Shown in pieces: positions 1-11,802 of a stretch of DNA of 64,000 bases; positions within the stretch are counted from its first letter, which is position 1, and each line of letters opens with the position of its first letter. This DNA is from Eledone cirrhosa (lineage: Eukaryota). Position numbers and translations under genes: made by a program. The notes below the pieces were generated by a model. It made no database searches, was not told where the DNA came from, and was given only the letters and a program-made list of their open reading frames with translations. The DNA lies in assembly GCA_964016885.1 (NCBI GenBank), contig OZ024741.1, positions 377,890,001-377,954,000 on the forward strand, read 5' to 3'.

Positions 1-123
1 CACTTCTGCACCAAACAGCTGAAAGCCTTCCTCACAAATTAACACCTCACACCGACACCACCATTGTAAATGTTACTACGTTTGCCAACACAAAAAAAAT
101 ATAAGCAGTAGCAATATTTTAAC

Positions 124-1503
124 TTGTCTCAGGCAGACATTCATTTCCCGCCATTACCAATGACTGCAGGTGTTAAAGCCTCCACCACCACCACCACCGC
201 GATAACCACCACCCCCACCACCACCGCGACAACAGAAACAAAAGAAGAAAAAAATAAATTAACTCGTGATGTCGAAATGAAATCAAGCAGAATGGACTCT
301 TCCGCACCAAAGACGACTGACGTCACCACCACCACCACAACTGAAACTAACATTAATATTAACACAAATAACGATAGCAACAACAACAACAATGACATTA
401 TAAAACCGACCCTCAGTTTCGCCATAGTAGCAAAACAGTTCGAATCATTCACGGTAACTCAGGAGGATTTAGAAAATGCCAAACAAATGGTAAAGAAAGA
501 TGGGTACAGGGTCAGCCTCAGCGCCCCCCCCCCACCTAATAAAATGGAGCATCGGCGCCTATACACCGTGTCGTATAGAAAAATAAATGTAAAATCGCGC
601 ATAGTGGAACGGGAATCCGAGTCCCAAATCCAAAAAGCTTTGGGACATGTGTGGGCAAGAAAAACCCACATCAGACGTGGGCAAAAGTATGGAACCGTGG
701 ATGTGTTCTTTGAAACACCAGAGGAGGCTAGAGAACACTCCATGGCCCCATTAAAAAGTGACGACTTCACACTCGTCCCAAGCTATTGTGGCCAGAGACT
801 CGTAAAGATCAGGGTGACCCACGTTCCACCGGCCATCGAAATTCCCTGGCTAATAGCGGTTGTCCTCGCCGGCATCGGAGCCAACACGAAAATAATAGAA
901 ATAGCAAAAGAAAAGCAGGAAAACTGGTCCGGATCTGGGATGGAGCTCCTGATCCAAGCGGACCAAAAAAGCATTGAGGAGATCCCAGAGGTAATAGACC
1001 TCACTGACGGCATCCACCTTACGGTAATTGTCGAGAGCAGAAGACCTAGGTGTGTCGTTTGTGGTGAAGGAACCCACCTAAGGGCTTTCTGCCCTCAGGC
1101 TAAAAGGTTGAGGCCACCTCTCCTACCCACCCCAGTGACACAACCATCAACACCACCAGTAGCAGAGATGGCAGCAACAAATGTAGCCACAACAACAGAA
1201 GCAACTATAACAGCAACAACCCCAGCAACAGTAGAAAAACCAACACCACCACCACCACCAGCAAAACCAACACCACCACCACCCAACGCTTCAGAACTAG
1301 CACCAGCGCCTACACCATCCACCACGCCACAACCAAAACTAACGCCTGTGGAGGATTTTCCACTCCCCGGCCTATCACAACTGGAGACATATTGTGACGA
1401 CGAGGAGTGGGAAACGATATCCGGAAAGAAAAAAAAGAAACCAAAAAAGAAAAAATTCTCTTCCTTCCCCCTTCAAAAACAAAATACAGAGGGAAACAAA
1501 TAA
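124..1503 (+). CDS. ORF1 (gag-like nucleic-acid-binding protein), main part
   Basis: CX2CX4HX4C knuckle CVVCGEGTHLRAFC, T/N- and P/T-rich regions, basic tract. By comparison with the copy 2 ATG (5895), the true start lies just before base 1; 124 is a TTG. Confidence 0.8.
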   Translation: MSQADIHFPPLPMTAGVKASTTTTTAITTTPTTTATTETKEEKNKLTRDVEMKSSRMDSSAPKTTDVTTTTTTETNININTNNDSNNNNNDIIKPTLSFAIVAKQFESFTVTQEDLENAKQMVKKDGYRVSLSAPPPPNKMEHRRLYTVSYRKINVKSRIVERESESQIQKALGHVWARKTHIRRGQKYGTVDVFFETPEEAREHSMAPLKSDDFTLVPSYCGQRLVKIRVTHVPPAIEIPWLIAVVLAGIGANTKIIEIAKEKQENWSGSGMELLIQADQKSIEEIPEVIDLTDGIHLTVIVESRRPRCVVCGEGTHLRAFCPQAKRLRPPLLPTPVTQPSTPPVAEMAATNVATTTEATITATTPATVEKPTPPPPPAKPTPPPPNASELAPAPTPSTTPQPKLTPVEDFPLPGLSQLETYCDDEEWETISGKKKKKPKKKKFSSFPLQKQNTEGNK

Positions 1504-1966
1504 ACTAAGAAACAAAAAAGTTAGGACAGATATGCCACCATCCACACTAGCATCACCAACCCCATCAACCCAAACACCAACACCATCACCTACACCACAA
1601 AAGTCACCAAAATGCGAAACAGAAACAAAACCACAACAAACGCAAACAAAACAAAACAACCAAAACGATACACACTACACAGCATCAAATTTGAACAACA
1701 AGCAATTATTTCACTACATCCAACACAACACCAGCATCACAGAAAAAGACTACACAACAACCCCCAAATTCACAACACCTCCACACATACAAATCACTCG
1801 CATCACACAGAAAACGTACATGACACTAAAAAAACAATTCCCCAAAGACATCGGAGACTTCCGACAAGCACTCTGCAGGAGGATTTTTAAGGACATCCTT
1901 CCTGAGGAGGCCACAAGCAGTGAAAAGGAAGAAAAAACCGTCCTTCCCCTACGAGAAGTAAGGTAA
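1440..1966 (+). CDS. C-terminal segment of ORF1, in the +1 frame
   Basis: HYTASNLNNKQLFHYIQHNTSITEK..IGDFRQALCRRIFKDIL matches KYTAINIAKKELIKYIKQHTDITEK..VGDFRGTVTKSIYTDIL of family B (13722-14020). Confidence 0.7.
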
Positions 1967-2000
1967 GTGGTCTTTCCCATCTTTTCCACTCCTTTTCAAC

Positions 2001-5000
2001 ATGACCTCACTCAGAATAGGCAGCATAAATGCGCGTGGTTTGGGGTCGTCATGGAAGCAGGGCCACCTGCTCAACGACCTCAGGTCACTAAACATAGATG
2101 TAGTGGACATCAGCGAGACAAGAATCTCCGAAGCACAGGCTTTTGCACCGATCTTCGGCGGCTACGATGTGTACGCATCTCCCAGCCGTCCAGGATCGGG
2201 GGGAGGAGTTGCTGTGCTTTTTCGGAGCGGTTTGGATCTTGCCATACGGGCCATGTTCCTGGACCCAGAAGGTAAGTTGGTGGTGCTGGACATGACCAGC
2301 GGAGACGGGCAAGCTTTCAGGTTAGTGGCCGTCTATGCCCCGACAGGAGCAGGGCGGCCTGATTTCTTCCGGCGTCTGGAGAAATTTCTTGGAACGTCCC
2401 GCTCTTTAGTGTTAGTGGGCGACTGGAACGGGATCTTAGATGCACGCTGGGATTGTGTGGGATTAGTGGATAGGGAAGGAGGGTGGAAGAGTCTCACCAA
2501 CCTGCTCAGACGTTTTGAACTGTCTGACAGGTACCGAATGGATTTCCCGAATGTACCAATGTGGACTTGGACAAATCGCATAGGGTCATCCAGATCATAT
2601 CTAGATAGAGTATGTTGTAGGGAAATAGATAGGTCTAGCATAGGCTGTCCACAATTCAAGATAGTCAGTTACACGGACCACAAATTCGTGATCTGTGTGC
2701 TTGAATTAGATAGGCTTCATAGACGAGGACCCGGCTACTGGAAGCTATACGCGTCCTTACCAGCGCGCAAGGCCTACAGAGACCGGATTAGCGAACTAGT
2801 TAAGCGGGCGTTGACAGGGGCCATCGTCAACAACAAGTGGTGGTTTGCTCTGAAACGAGCAATTAGAATAGAGTCCATTAGGTTTAGTAAGACTTTAGCA
2901 ATAGAGAAAAATAGAGCAGAGGGAGAATTAGCTAGAAAATTAGATGGGGCGCTTAGCAAAGGCATCGCGACCGACGTACTTGCGGCGAAATTGGCCCTTG
3001 ACCAATTCTTCAATGCAAAGCACGAAGGCTGCGTTGTCACAGCTAGGGTGCGTGCTCTCAGACACGAGGGAACGAAAGCCGTTCAATGGGCCCGAGTGGC
3101 GGAGGCGCGTCGTGGCAACAAAGCCACGATCCGGTCTTTGGTGGACCACAACGGGCGCATGCTACTCGATCCCGAGCAAATGTGTGAAGAGTTTCAGCGA
3201 CACTTCGCTCAACTGTTCGGGGGCAGTGGCGGGCCGGATCGAGGGATGGATTTTAGTGTCTACCTCGACGGACTGCCGCGGCTTTCGGCCACTGAGGCGG
3301 AGTGTTGCGAAAAGCCGATAACAACCGCTGAAGTACGGGATGCAATGACTAGTTGCACAAGGGGTAAATCGCCTGGTTTGGATGGTCTGCCCTATGAACT
3401 TTACTTACAAATGCCAAACTTGTTCGGAGGCCTCTTGGCGGACGTCTACTGCAACTGAGAACAGAACGGGAGAATTCCCAGCTCTGTGAGCCGAGGAGCG
3501 GTGGCGCTGCTGAGAAAGGATCCGAACAAGGGGGATAACATAGATAATTTTAGGCCCATAACTCTGCTAAACACAGAGTTCAAGATTTTGGCCAAGGTGC
3601 TAGCAAAGAGGTTGGCGCTTGTCGTTGGTGGTCTGGTGGGAGAGGCACAGATATGCGCCATTCCCGACAGATCAATCCACCACAACCTCCACCTCATGCG
3701 ATACATCGTAGAGAGGGTAGCTAGGGAACCTGGCACGGGTGGGTCTTTGATCAATTTAGATCAGTCGAAAGCCTTCGATAGGTTCGACCATCGGTACCTA
3801 GCGGCAGTCCTGAGGGCGGCTGGCTTTGGGCCCGTCTTCAGAGGCTGGATCGCTGCCATGCACAGCGACATCTGCTCTGTAGTGAGAGTGAACGGTCACC
3901 TTTCGGAACAGTTCAACATCATGCGCTCGGTCCGCCAAGGATGTCCCCTCTCGTCCCTATTGTACGTATTGACTCTCGAGCAATTACTACACAAACTGGA
4001 GACGTTGAGGGGGGTCCTGCGCGAACTAGGATGCGGAAGATCCGTGTCAGCATATGCCGACGATGTCACCGTAGTGGTGTCGAACGCCGAACACATCGAG
4101 GCGATCGGCACTACACTAAGAGAATACGAAGCGGTGACAGGAGCAATGATCAACCAGGAAAAGTCAGTGGACCTGCAGCTCGGCACCTGGAGAGGCAGGT
4201 CCATTCCGTCCAACAGCGTCGTCGGACGCTGGACGGACGGACCGGTTAAATTGCTAGGGTCTGGTTCGGTCCAGACCTCCAGACGGACAAAAACTGGGAC
4301 GAGGTGACGAGCAGGGTGGCTTCTCTCACCCAGAAATGGGCCGAGAGGAAGCTATCCCTGAAAGGTCGAGCGGAGGTGGCGAATGCGTACATCGCATCCG
4401 TCATCTACTACCGCCTGACCGTCGTACCTTGTCCTAAGCCCCGCCTGACTGCGCTGGAGCGTCTGCTCTTTCTTCTTGTGGAAGGGACGCGCTCCAATGG
4501 TCAGGCGGTCCATCTGCTGTCAACAACTACTACGTGGAGGGCTGGGCATGCCGTGGTTGATGATGCGCAGACACGCGCTCAGGCTACGACATCTCCACCT
4601 CTTCCTCGACGGTGATCAGGTGTGGTCGCCGTTTGCTAGACACGTTTTTCCCCAGCTCGTCTCCTTGACGGAGCTGCAGTCCTGGGTCAAGCGAAGACCG
4701 AAAGGGAGCGCTTGGAGACTGGAATGTCTTCAGGCGTTCACAGCCCTCGACCAATCGGGCAATGTGATCGGTGGAAACTCCACCTTGGCGTTCTATAGGG
4801 GATTAGTGGAAGGGAAGAGCGACGACGTACTTGGAGAAACTCTAGGCGTCGACGAAAATCAACTAGCCATCTTTCGGAAGGACTTTCGGGCCGGGGCCTA
4901 TGGACAACTTCCAGAAATCCCTGGCCTGGCAGTGCTACCGAGGAGCCTTGCCAGTTCGGGATAAACTCTACAGGCATGGAGGTGCCGTCAGCCGGGCATG

Positions 5001-5414
5001 TCCGAGATGCGCGCAGGGCGACGAAACCGTCCTGCACGCACTTGTCCAGTGTCCGAGCATTGCTGACTTGTGGGTTTATGTCGAACACCTGCTGTCACGT
5101 GTAGGACGGATCCAGCTATCAGCTGAGTCCATCGTGAGGATTGCCCCGCCCCCTTCCTTTAGCCTGGAAGGCAGGCAGTTTTTATCTGTCTGGTGGCCAT
5201 GGCGAAAGAGATAGTATGTTGGACACGTTTGAAAGGGCTGAAGACGAGCACTTACCTCTTCGGTGATGCCCTGATTAACTTTTTCAAATTTCATTTGAAA
5301 GGGAAAATCAGGGTAGAGAGGGAAGTGCTCTCTTCCCAGCATTTTGTTGAAAGATGGGTGAGAGAAGCAAGTTTGGCCCGAATGAATGGGCCTTCTCTGA
5401 GTATGTGTCTGTAA
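2001..5414 (+). pseudogene. ORF2 (APE endonuclease-reverse transcriptase), disrupted
   Basis: SINARG, SET, VYAP, GDWN, LDR, TDH (APE); GPGYWK; FRPITLLN, DQSKAFDR, RQGCPLS, YADD (RT); CPRC..ETVLHALVQC. Stop at 3456-3458 and frameshifts near 4258, 4470, 4868 and 5170. Confidence 0.92.
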
Positions 5415-5658
5415 ATTAAAGGTGGAAAACTGGGAGAGGGCACTTGCCCTGGTGGTCAGGGCCACTGTGGTCTTTTAATGGGCTTTCTCCACAAATGTCC
5501 CTTGGAAGTCTCCCCCCTATTGGGGAATTTTTCTTTGTTATTTTATTTCAACCTCTGTTTTTTTTACACGCAGAAATGCCCATTTGTACCGTCCTGTATT
5601 GTCATGTACTGTCCTTAATGTCTGCTTTATGTGAACCCTTGTGGTTAATAAAGAAAAC

Positions 5659-5685
5659 ATTATTATTATTATTATTATTATTATT
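5659..5685 (+). repeat. (ATT)9 tract joining copy 1 and copy 2
   Basis: Read directly from the sequence. Confidence 0.95.
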
Positions 5686-5894
5686 GGCGACCTACGTAGG
5701 AAATCGTATTATCGTGAGCTCCGCAAAGGTTTGTTATTTCCGTTTGTTTAAAAATTGCCATTTATGGAAAATTTTATTGTAAACTGTTTATAAGCACACA
5801 TACATTGTTTTCCGAAAAGGACACCCAAAAAGATTGGGGCCTTGTGCCCAAAATTTTAACTTTTATTATTATCCAAAAATTTCTTTGAAAAAAA

Positions 5895-7885
5895 ATGGCT
5901 AATTCCCCTCTGCACGAAGCAGCTGAAAGCCTTCCTCACAAAATAACACCTCACACCGACACCACCATTGTAAATGTTACTACGTTTGCCAACACAAAAA
6001 AAAATATAAGCAGTAGCAATATTTTAAATTTGTCTCAGGCAGACATTCATTTCCCGCCATTACCAATGACTGCAGGTGTTAAACCCTCCACCACCACCAC
6101 CACCGCGACAACCACCACCACCACCACCACCGCGACAACAGAAACAAAAGAAGAAAAAAATAAAGTAACTCGTGACGTCGAAATGAAATCAAGCAAAATG
6201 GACTCTTCCCCACCGAAGACGACTGACGTCAGCACCACCACAACTGAAAATAAAATTAATATTAACGCTAGCAACAACAACAACAATGACATTATAAAAC
6301 CGACCCTCAGTTTCGCCATCGTAGCAAAACAATTCGAAGCGTTCACGGTAACTCAAGAAGATTTAGAAAATGCCAAACAAATGGTAAAGAAAGATGGGTA
6401 CAGGGTCAGCCTCACCCCCCCCCCCCCCCACCTAATAAAATGGAGCATCGGCGCCTATGCACCGTGTCGTATAGAACAATAAATGTAAAATCGCGCCGAG
6501 TGGAACGTGCATGCGAGTCCCAAATCCAAAAAGCTTTGGGACATGTGTGGGCAAGAAAAACCCACATCAGACGTGGGCAAAAGTATGGAACCGTGGATGT
6601 GTTCTTTGAAACACCAGAGGAGGCTAGAGAACACTCCATGGCCCCATTAAAAAGTGACAACTTCACACTCGTCCCAAGCTATTGTGGCCAGAGACTCGTA
6701 AAGATCAGGGTGACCCACGTTCCACCGGCCATCGAAATTCCCTGGCTAATAGCGGCTGTCATCGCCGGCATCGAGGCCAACACGAAAATAATAACAATAG
6801 CAAAAGAAAAGCAGGAAAACTGGTCCGGATCTGGGATGGAGCTCCTGATCCAAGCGGACCAAAAAAGCATTGAGGAGATCCCAGAGGTAATAGACCTCAC
6901 TGACGGCAGCCACCTCACGGTAATTGTCGAGGGCAGAAGACCTAGGTGTGTCGTTTGTGGTGAAGGAACCCACCTAAGGGCTTTCTGCCCTCAGGCTAAA
7001 AGGTTGAGGCCACCTATCCTACCCACCCCAGTGACACAACCATCAACACCACCAGTAGCAGAGATGCCAGCAACAACTGTAGCAGCAACGACAGAAGCAA
7101 CTATAACAGCAACAACCCCAGCAACAGTAGCAAAACCAACACCACTACCACCACCAGCAAAACCAACACCACCACCACCCAACGCTTCAGAACTAGCACC
7201 AGCGCCTACACCATCCACCACACCACAACCAAAACTAACGGCTGTGGAGGATTTTCAACTCCCCGGCCTATCACAACTGGAGACAAATTGTGACGACGAG
7301 GAGTGGGAAACGATATCCGGAAAAAAAAAGAAACCAAAAAAGAAAAAATTCTCTTCCTTCCCCCTCCAAAAACAAAATACAGAGGGAAACAAATAAACTA
7401 AGAAACAAAAAAGTTAGGACAGATAAGCCACCATCCACACCAGCATCACCAACCCATCAACCCAAACACCAACACCATCACCATCATTATCCCCAGCACC
7501 ACCATCACCTACACCACAAAAGTCACCAAAATGCGAAACAGAAACAAACCCACAAATAACGCAAACAAAACAAAACAACCAAAACGATATACACTACACA
7601 GCATTAAATTTGAACAACAAGCAATTATTACACTACATCCAACACAACACCAGCATCACAGAAAAAAACTACACAACAACCCCAAAATTCACACCACCTC
7701 CACACATACAAATCACTCGCATCACACAGAAAACGTACATGACACTAAAACAAAAATTCCCCAAAGACATCGGAGGCTTCCGACAAGCACTCTCCAGGAG
7801 GATTTATAAGGACATCCTTCCTGAGGAGGCCACAAGCAGTGAAAAGGATGGAAAAGCCGTCCTTCCCCTACGAGAAGTAAGGTAA
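5895..7885 (+). pseudogene. ORF1 of copy 2, frameshifted
   Basis: ORFs 5895-6482, 6440-7396, 7290-7559 and 7610-7885 are successive pieces; shifts at the poly-C run (~6414-6429), the A-rich tract (~7320-7345) and ~7455. Confidence 0.85.
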
Positions 7886-7919
7886 GTGGTCTTTCCCATC
7901 TTTTCCACTCCTTTTCAAC

Positions 7920-10900
7920 ATGACCTCACTCAGAATAGGCAGCATAAATGCGCGTGGCTTGGGGTCGTCATGGAAGCAGGGCCACCTGCTCAACGACCTC
8001 AGGTCACTAAATATAGATGTAGTGGCCATCAGCGAGACCAGAATCTCCGAAGCACAGGCTTTCGCACCGATCTTCGGCGGCTACGATGTGTACGCATCTC
8101 CCAGCCGTCCGGGATCGGGGGGGAGGAGTTGCTGTGCTTTTTCGGAGCGGTTTGGATCTTGCCCTACGGGCCATGTTCCTGGACCCAGAAGGTAAGTTGG
8201 TGGTGCTGGACGTGACCAGCGGAAACGGGCAAGCTTTCAGGTTAGTGGCCGTCTATGCCCCGACAGGAGCAGGGCGGCCTGATTTCTTCCGGCGTCTGGA
8301 GAAATTTCTTGGAACGTCCCGCTCTTTAGTGTTAGTGGGCGACTGGAACGGGATCTTAGATGCACGCTGGGATTGTGTGGGATTAGTGAATAGGGAAGGA
8401 GGGTGCAAGAGTCTCACCAACCTGCTCAGACGTTTTGAACTGTCTGACAGGTACCGAATGGATTTCCCGAATGTACCAATGTGGACTTGGACAAATCGCA
8501 TAGGGTCATCCAGATCATATCTAGATAGAGTATGTTGTAGGGAAATAGATAGGTCTAGCATAGGCTGTCCACAATTCAAGATAGTCAGCTACACGGACCA
8601 CAAATTCGTGATCTGTGTGCTTGACTTAGAGAGGCTTCATAGACGAGGACCCGGCTACTGGAAGTTAAACGCGTCCTTACCAGCGCGCAAGGCCTACAGA
8701 GACCGGATTAGCGAACTAGTTAAGCGGGCGTTGACGGGGGCCATCGTCAACAACAAGTGGTGGTTTGCTCTGAAAAGAGCAATTAGAATAGAGTCCATTA
8801 GGTTTAGTAAGACTTTAGCAATAGAGAAAAATAGAGCAGAGGGAGAATTAGTTAGAAAATTAGATGAGGCGCTTTGCAAAGGCATCGCGACCGACGTAGC
8901 GAACTAGTTAAGCGGGCGTTGAAGGTGGCCATCGTCAACAACAAGTGGTGGTTTGCTCTGAAAAGAGCAATTAGTATAGAGTCCATTAGGTTTAGTAAGG
9001 CTTTAGCAATAGAGAAAAATAGAGCAGAGAGAGAATTAGTTAGAAAATTAGACGAGGCGCCTAGCAAAGGCCGACGTACTTGCGGCGAAATTGGCCCTTG
9101 ACCAATTATTCAATGCAAAGCACGAAGGCTGCGTTGTCAGAGCTAGGTTGCGTGCTCTCATACACGAGGGGACGAAAGCCGTTCAATGGGCCCGAGTGGC
9201 GGAGGCGCGTATTGGCAACAAAGCCACGATCCGGTCTTTGGTGGACCACGACGGGCGCATGCTACTCGATCCCGGGAAAATGTGTGAAGCTTTTCAGCGA
9301 CACTTCGCTCAGCTGTTCGGGGGCGGCGGTTGACCGGGTCGATGGATGGACTTTAGTGTCTACCTCGACGGACTTCCGCGGCTCTCGGCCACTGAGGCGC
9401 AGTGTTACGAAAAACAGATAACAGCCGCTGAAGTACGGGAGGCATTGACTGGCTGCACAAGGGGTAAATTGTCTGGTTTGGGATGGTCTGCCCTATGAAC
9501 TTTACGTAAAGATGCCAGACTTGTTCGGGGGCCTCTTGGCGGACGTCTACTGCAACTGGCAACAGAACGGGAGAATTTCCAGCTCTGTGAGCCGAGGAGC
9601 TGTGGCGCTGCTGAGAAAGGATCCGAACAAGGGGGATAACATAGATAGTTTTAGGCTCATAACTCTGCTAAACACAGAGTTCAAGATTTTGGCCAAGGTG
9701 CTAGCAAAGAGTTTGGCGCTTGTCGTTGGTGGTCTGGTGGGAGAGGCGCAGACATGCGCCATTCCCGACAGATCCATCCACGACAACCTCCACCTCATGC
9801 GATACATCGTAGAGATGGTAGCTAGGGAAACTAGCACGGGTTGGTCCTTGATCAATTAATATCAGTTGAAAGCTTTCGATAGGGTCGACCATCGTTACCT
9901 AGCGGCAGTACTGATGGCGGCTAACTTTGGGCCCGTCTTCAGAGGCTGGATCGCTGCCATGCACAGCGACATCTGCTCTGTGGTGAGAGTGAACGGTCAC
10001 CTTTCGGAACCGTTCAACGTCAAGCGCTCGGTCCGCCAAGGATGTCCCCTCTCGTCCCTCTTGTACGTATTGACTCTCGAGACATTACTACATAAACTGG
10101 AGACGTTGAGGGGAGCCCTGCGCGAACTAGGATGCGGAAGATCCGTGTCAGCATATGCCGACGATGTCACCTGTATTGGTGTCGAACGCCAAACACATCG
10201 AGGCGATCGGCACTACACTAAGAGAATACGAAGCGTTGAGAGGAGCAATGAACAACCTGGAAAAGTCAGTGAGCCTGCCGCTCCGCACCTGGAGAGGCAA
10301 GTCTATGCCGTCCAAAAGCGTCGTCAGGTGCTGGACGGACGGACCGATTAAATTGCTAGGGGTCTGGTTCGGTCCAGACCTCCAGACGGACAAAAACTGG
10401 GACGAGGTGACGAGCAGCGTGGCTTCTCTCACCCAGAAATGGGCCGAGAGGAAGCTATCCCTGAAAGATCGAGCGGAGGTGGCTAACTTTACATCGCGTC
10501 CGTCATCTACTACCGCCTGACCGTCGTACATTGTCCTAAGCCCCGCCTGACAGCGCTGGAGCGTTTGCTCTTTCGCTTTTTGTGGAAGAGACGCGCTCCG
10601 ATGGTCAGGCGGTCCGTCTGCTGTCAACACCCGCTACGTGGAGGGCTGGGCATGCCGTGGCTGATGATGCGCAGACACGCACTCAGGCTACGACATCTCC
10701 ACCTCTTTCTCGATGGTGATCACGTGTGGTCGCCGTTTGCTAGACACGTCTTTCCCCTGCTCGTCTCCTTGACGGAGCTGCAGTCCTGGGTCAAGCGAAG
10801 ACCGAGAGGGAGCGCTTACAGACTGGAATGTTTTCAGGCGCTCACAGCCCTCGACCAATCGGGCAATGTGATCGATGGAAGCTCCACCTTGGCATTATAT

Positions 10901-11524
10901 AGAGGATTAGTGGAGGGGAAGAGCGACGACGTACTTGGGGAAAATCTAGACGTCGACGAAAATCAACTAGCCAATCTCTTCCGAAGGACTTTCGGGCCGG
11001 GGCCTATGGACAACTTCCAGAAATCCCTGGACTGGCAGTGCTACCGGGGAGCTTTGCCAGTTCGGGATAAACTCTACAGGAATGGAGGTGCCGTCAGCCG
11101 AGCATGTCCGAGATGCGCGCAGGGCGACGAAACTGTCCTGCACGCACTCGTCCAGTGTCCGAGCATTGTTGACTTGTGGGTTTATGTCGAACACCTGCTG
11201 TCACGTGTAGGACGGATCCAGCTATCAGCTGAGACCATCGTGAGGATTGCCCCGCCCTCTTCCTTTAGCCGGGAAGGGCAGGCAGTTTTTATCTGTCTGG
11301 TGGCCATGGCGAAAGAGATAGTATGGTGGACACGTTTGAAAGGGCTGAAGACGAGCACTTACCTCTTCGGTGATGCCCTAATTAACTTTTTCTAATTTCA
11401 TTTGAAAAGTAAAATCAGGGTAGAGAGGGAAGTGCTCTCTTCCCAGCATTTTGTTGAAAGATGGGTGAGAGAAGCAAGTATGGCCCGAGTATGTGTCTGT
11501 ATGGCTCTGAGTATGTGTCTGTAA
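7920..11524 (+). pseudogene. ORF2 of copy 2, disrupted, with an internal ~188-bp duplication
   Basis: Same APE/RT/Zn motifs as copy 1; multiple stops and frameshifts. Confidence 0.9.
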
Positions 11525-11768
11525 ATTAAAGGTGGAAAACTGGGAGAGGGCACTTGCCCTGGTGGTCAGGGTCACTGTGGTCTTTTAATGGGCTTTCTCC
11601 ACAAATCTCCCTCGGAAGTCTCCCCCCTATTTGCGAAACTTTCTTTGTTATTTTATTACATCCTTTGTTTTTTTTTACACGCAGAAATGCCCATTTGTAC
11701 CGTCCTGTATTGTCTTGTACTGTCCATAATGTCTACTTTATGTAAACCCTTGTTGTTAATAAAGAAAA

Positions 11769-11769
<1 letters not shown>

Positions 11770-11802
<33 letters not shown>
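11770..11802 (+). repeat. (ATT)11 tract joining copy 2 and the family B element
   Basis: Read directly from the sequence. Confidence 0.95.

Larger units (their letters stand above)
1..5659 (+). mobile_element. L1/Tx1-clade non-LTR retrotransposon, family A copy 1 (5' end lies upstream of the window)
   Basis: ORF1 with CCHC knuckle, ORF2 with APE, RT and C-terminal Zn motif, 3' UTR ending AATAAAGAAAAC followed by (ATT)n. Colinear with the copies at 5686 and 60526. Confidence 0.93.
5686..11770 (+). mobile_element. Tx1-like family A copy 2, full length
   Basis: Starts GGCGACCTACGTAG (same 5' end as 60526); has ORF1, ORF2, 3' UTR and AATAAAGAAAAC+(ATT)n. Confidence 0.94.

Noticed and set aside
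1902-1946. CTGAGGA..GAAA plus hairpin read as a hammerhead
   Set aside because: No stem I, weak stem II, and the core is absent in family B; only the hairpin is conserved (reported separately).
141-3754. Antisense ORFs recurring in each Tx1 copy
   Set aside because: Shadows of the sense ORFs and their codon bias; no independent motifs.
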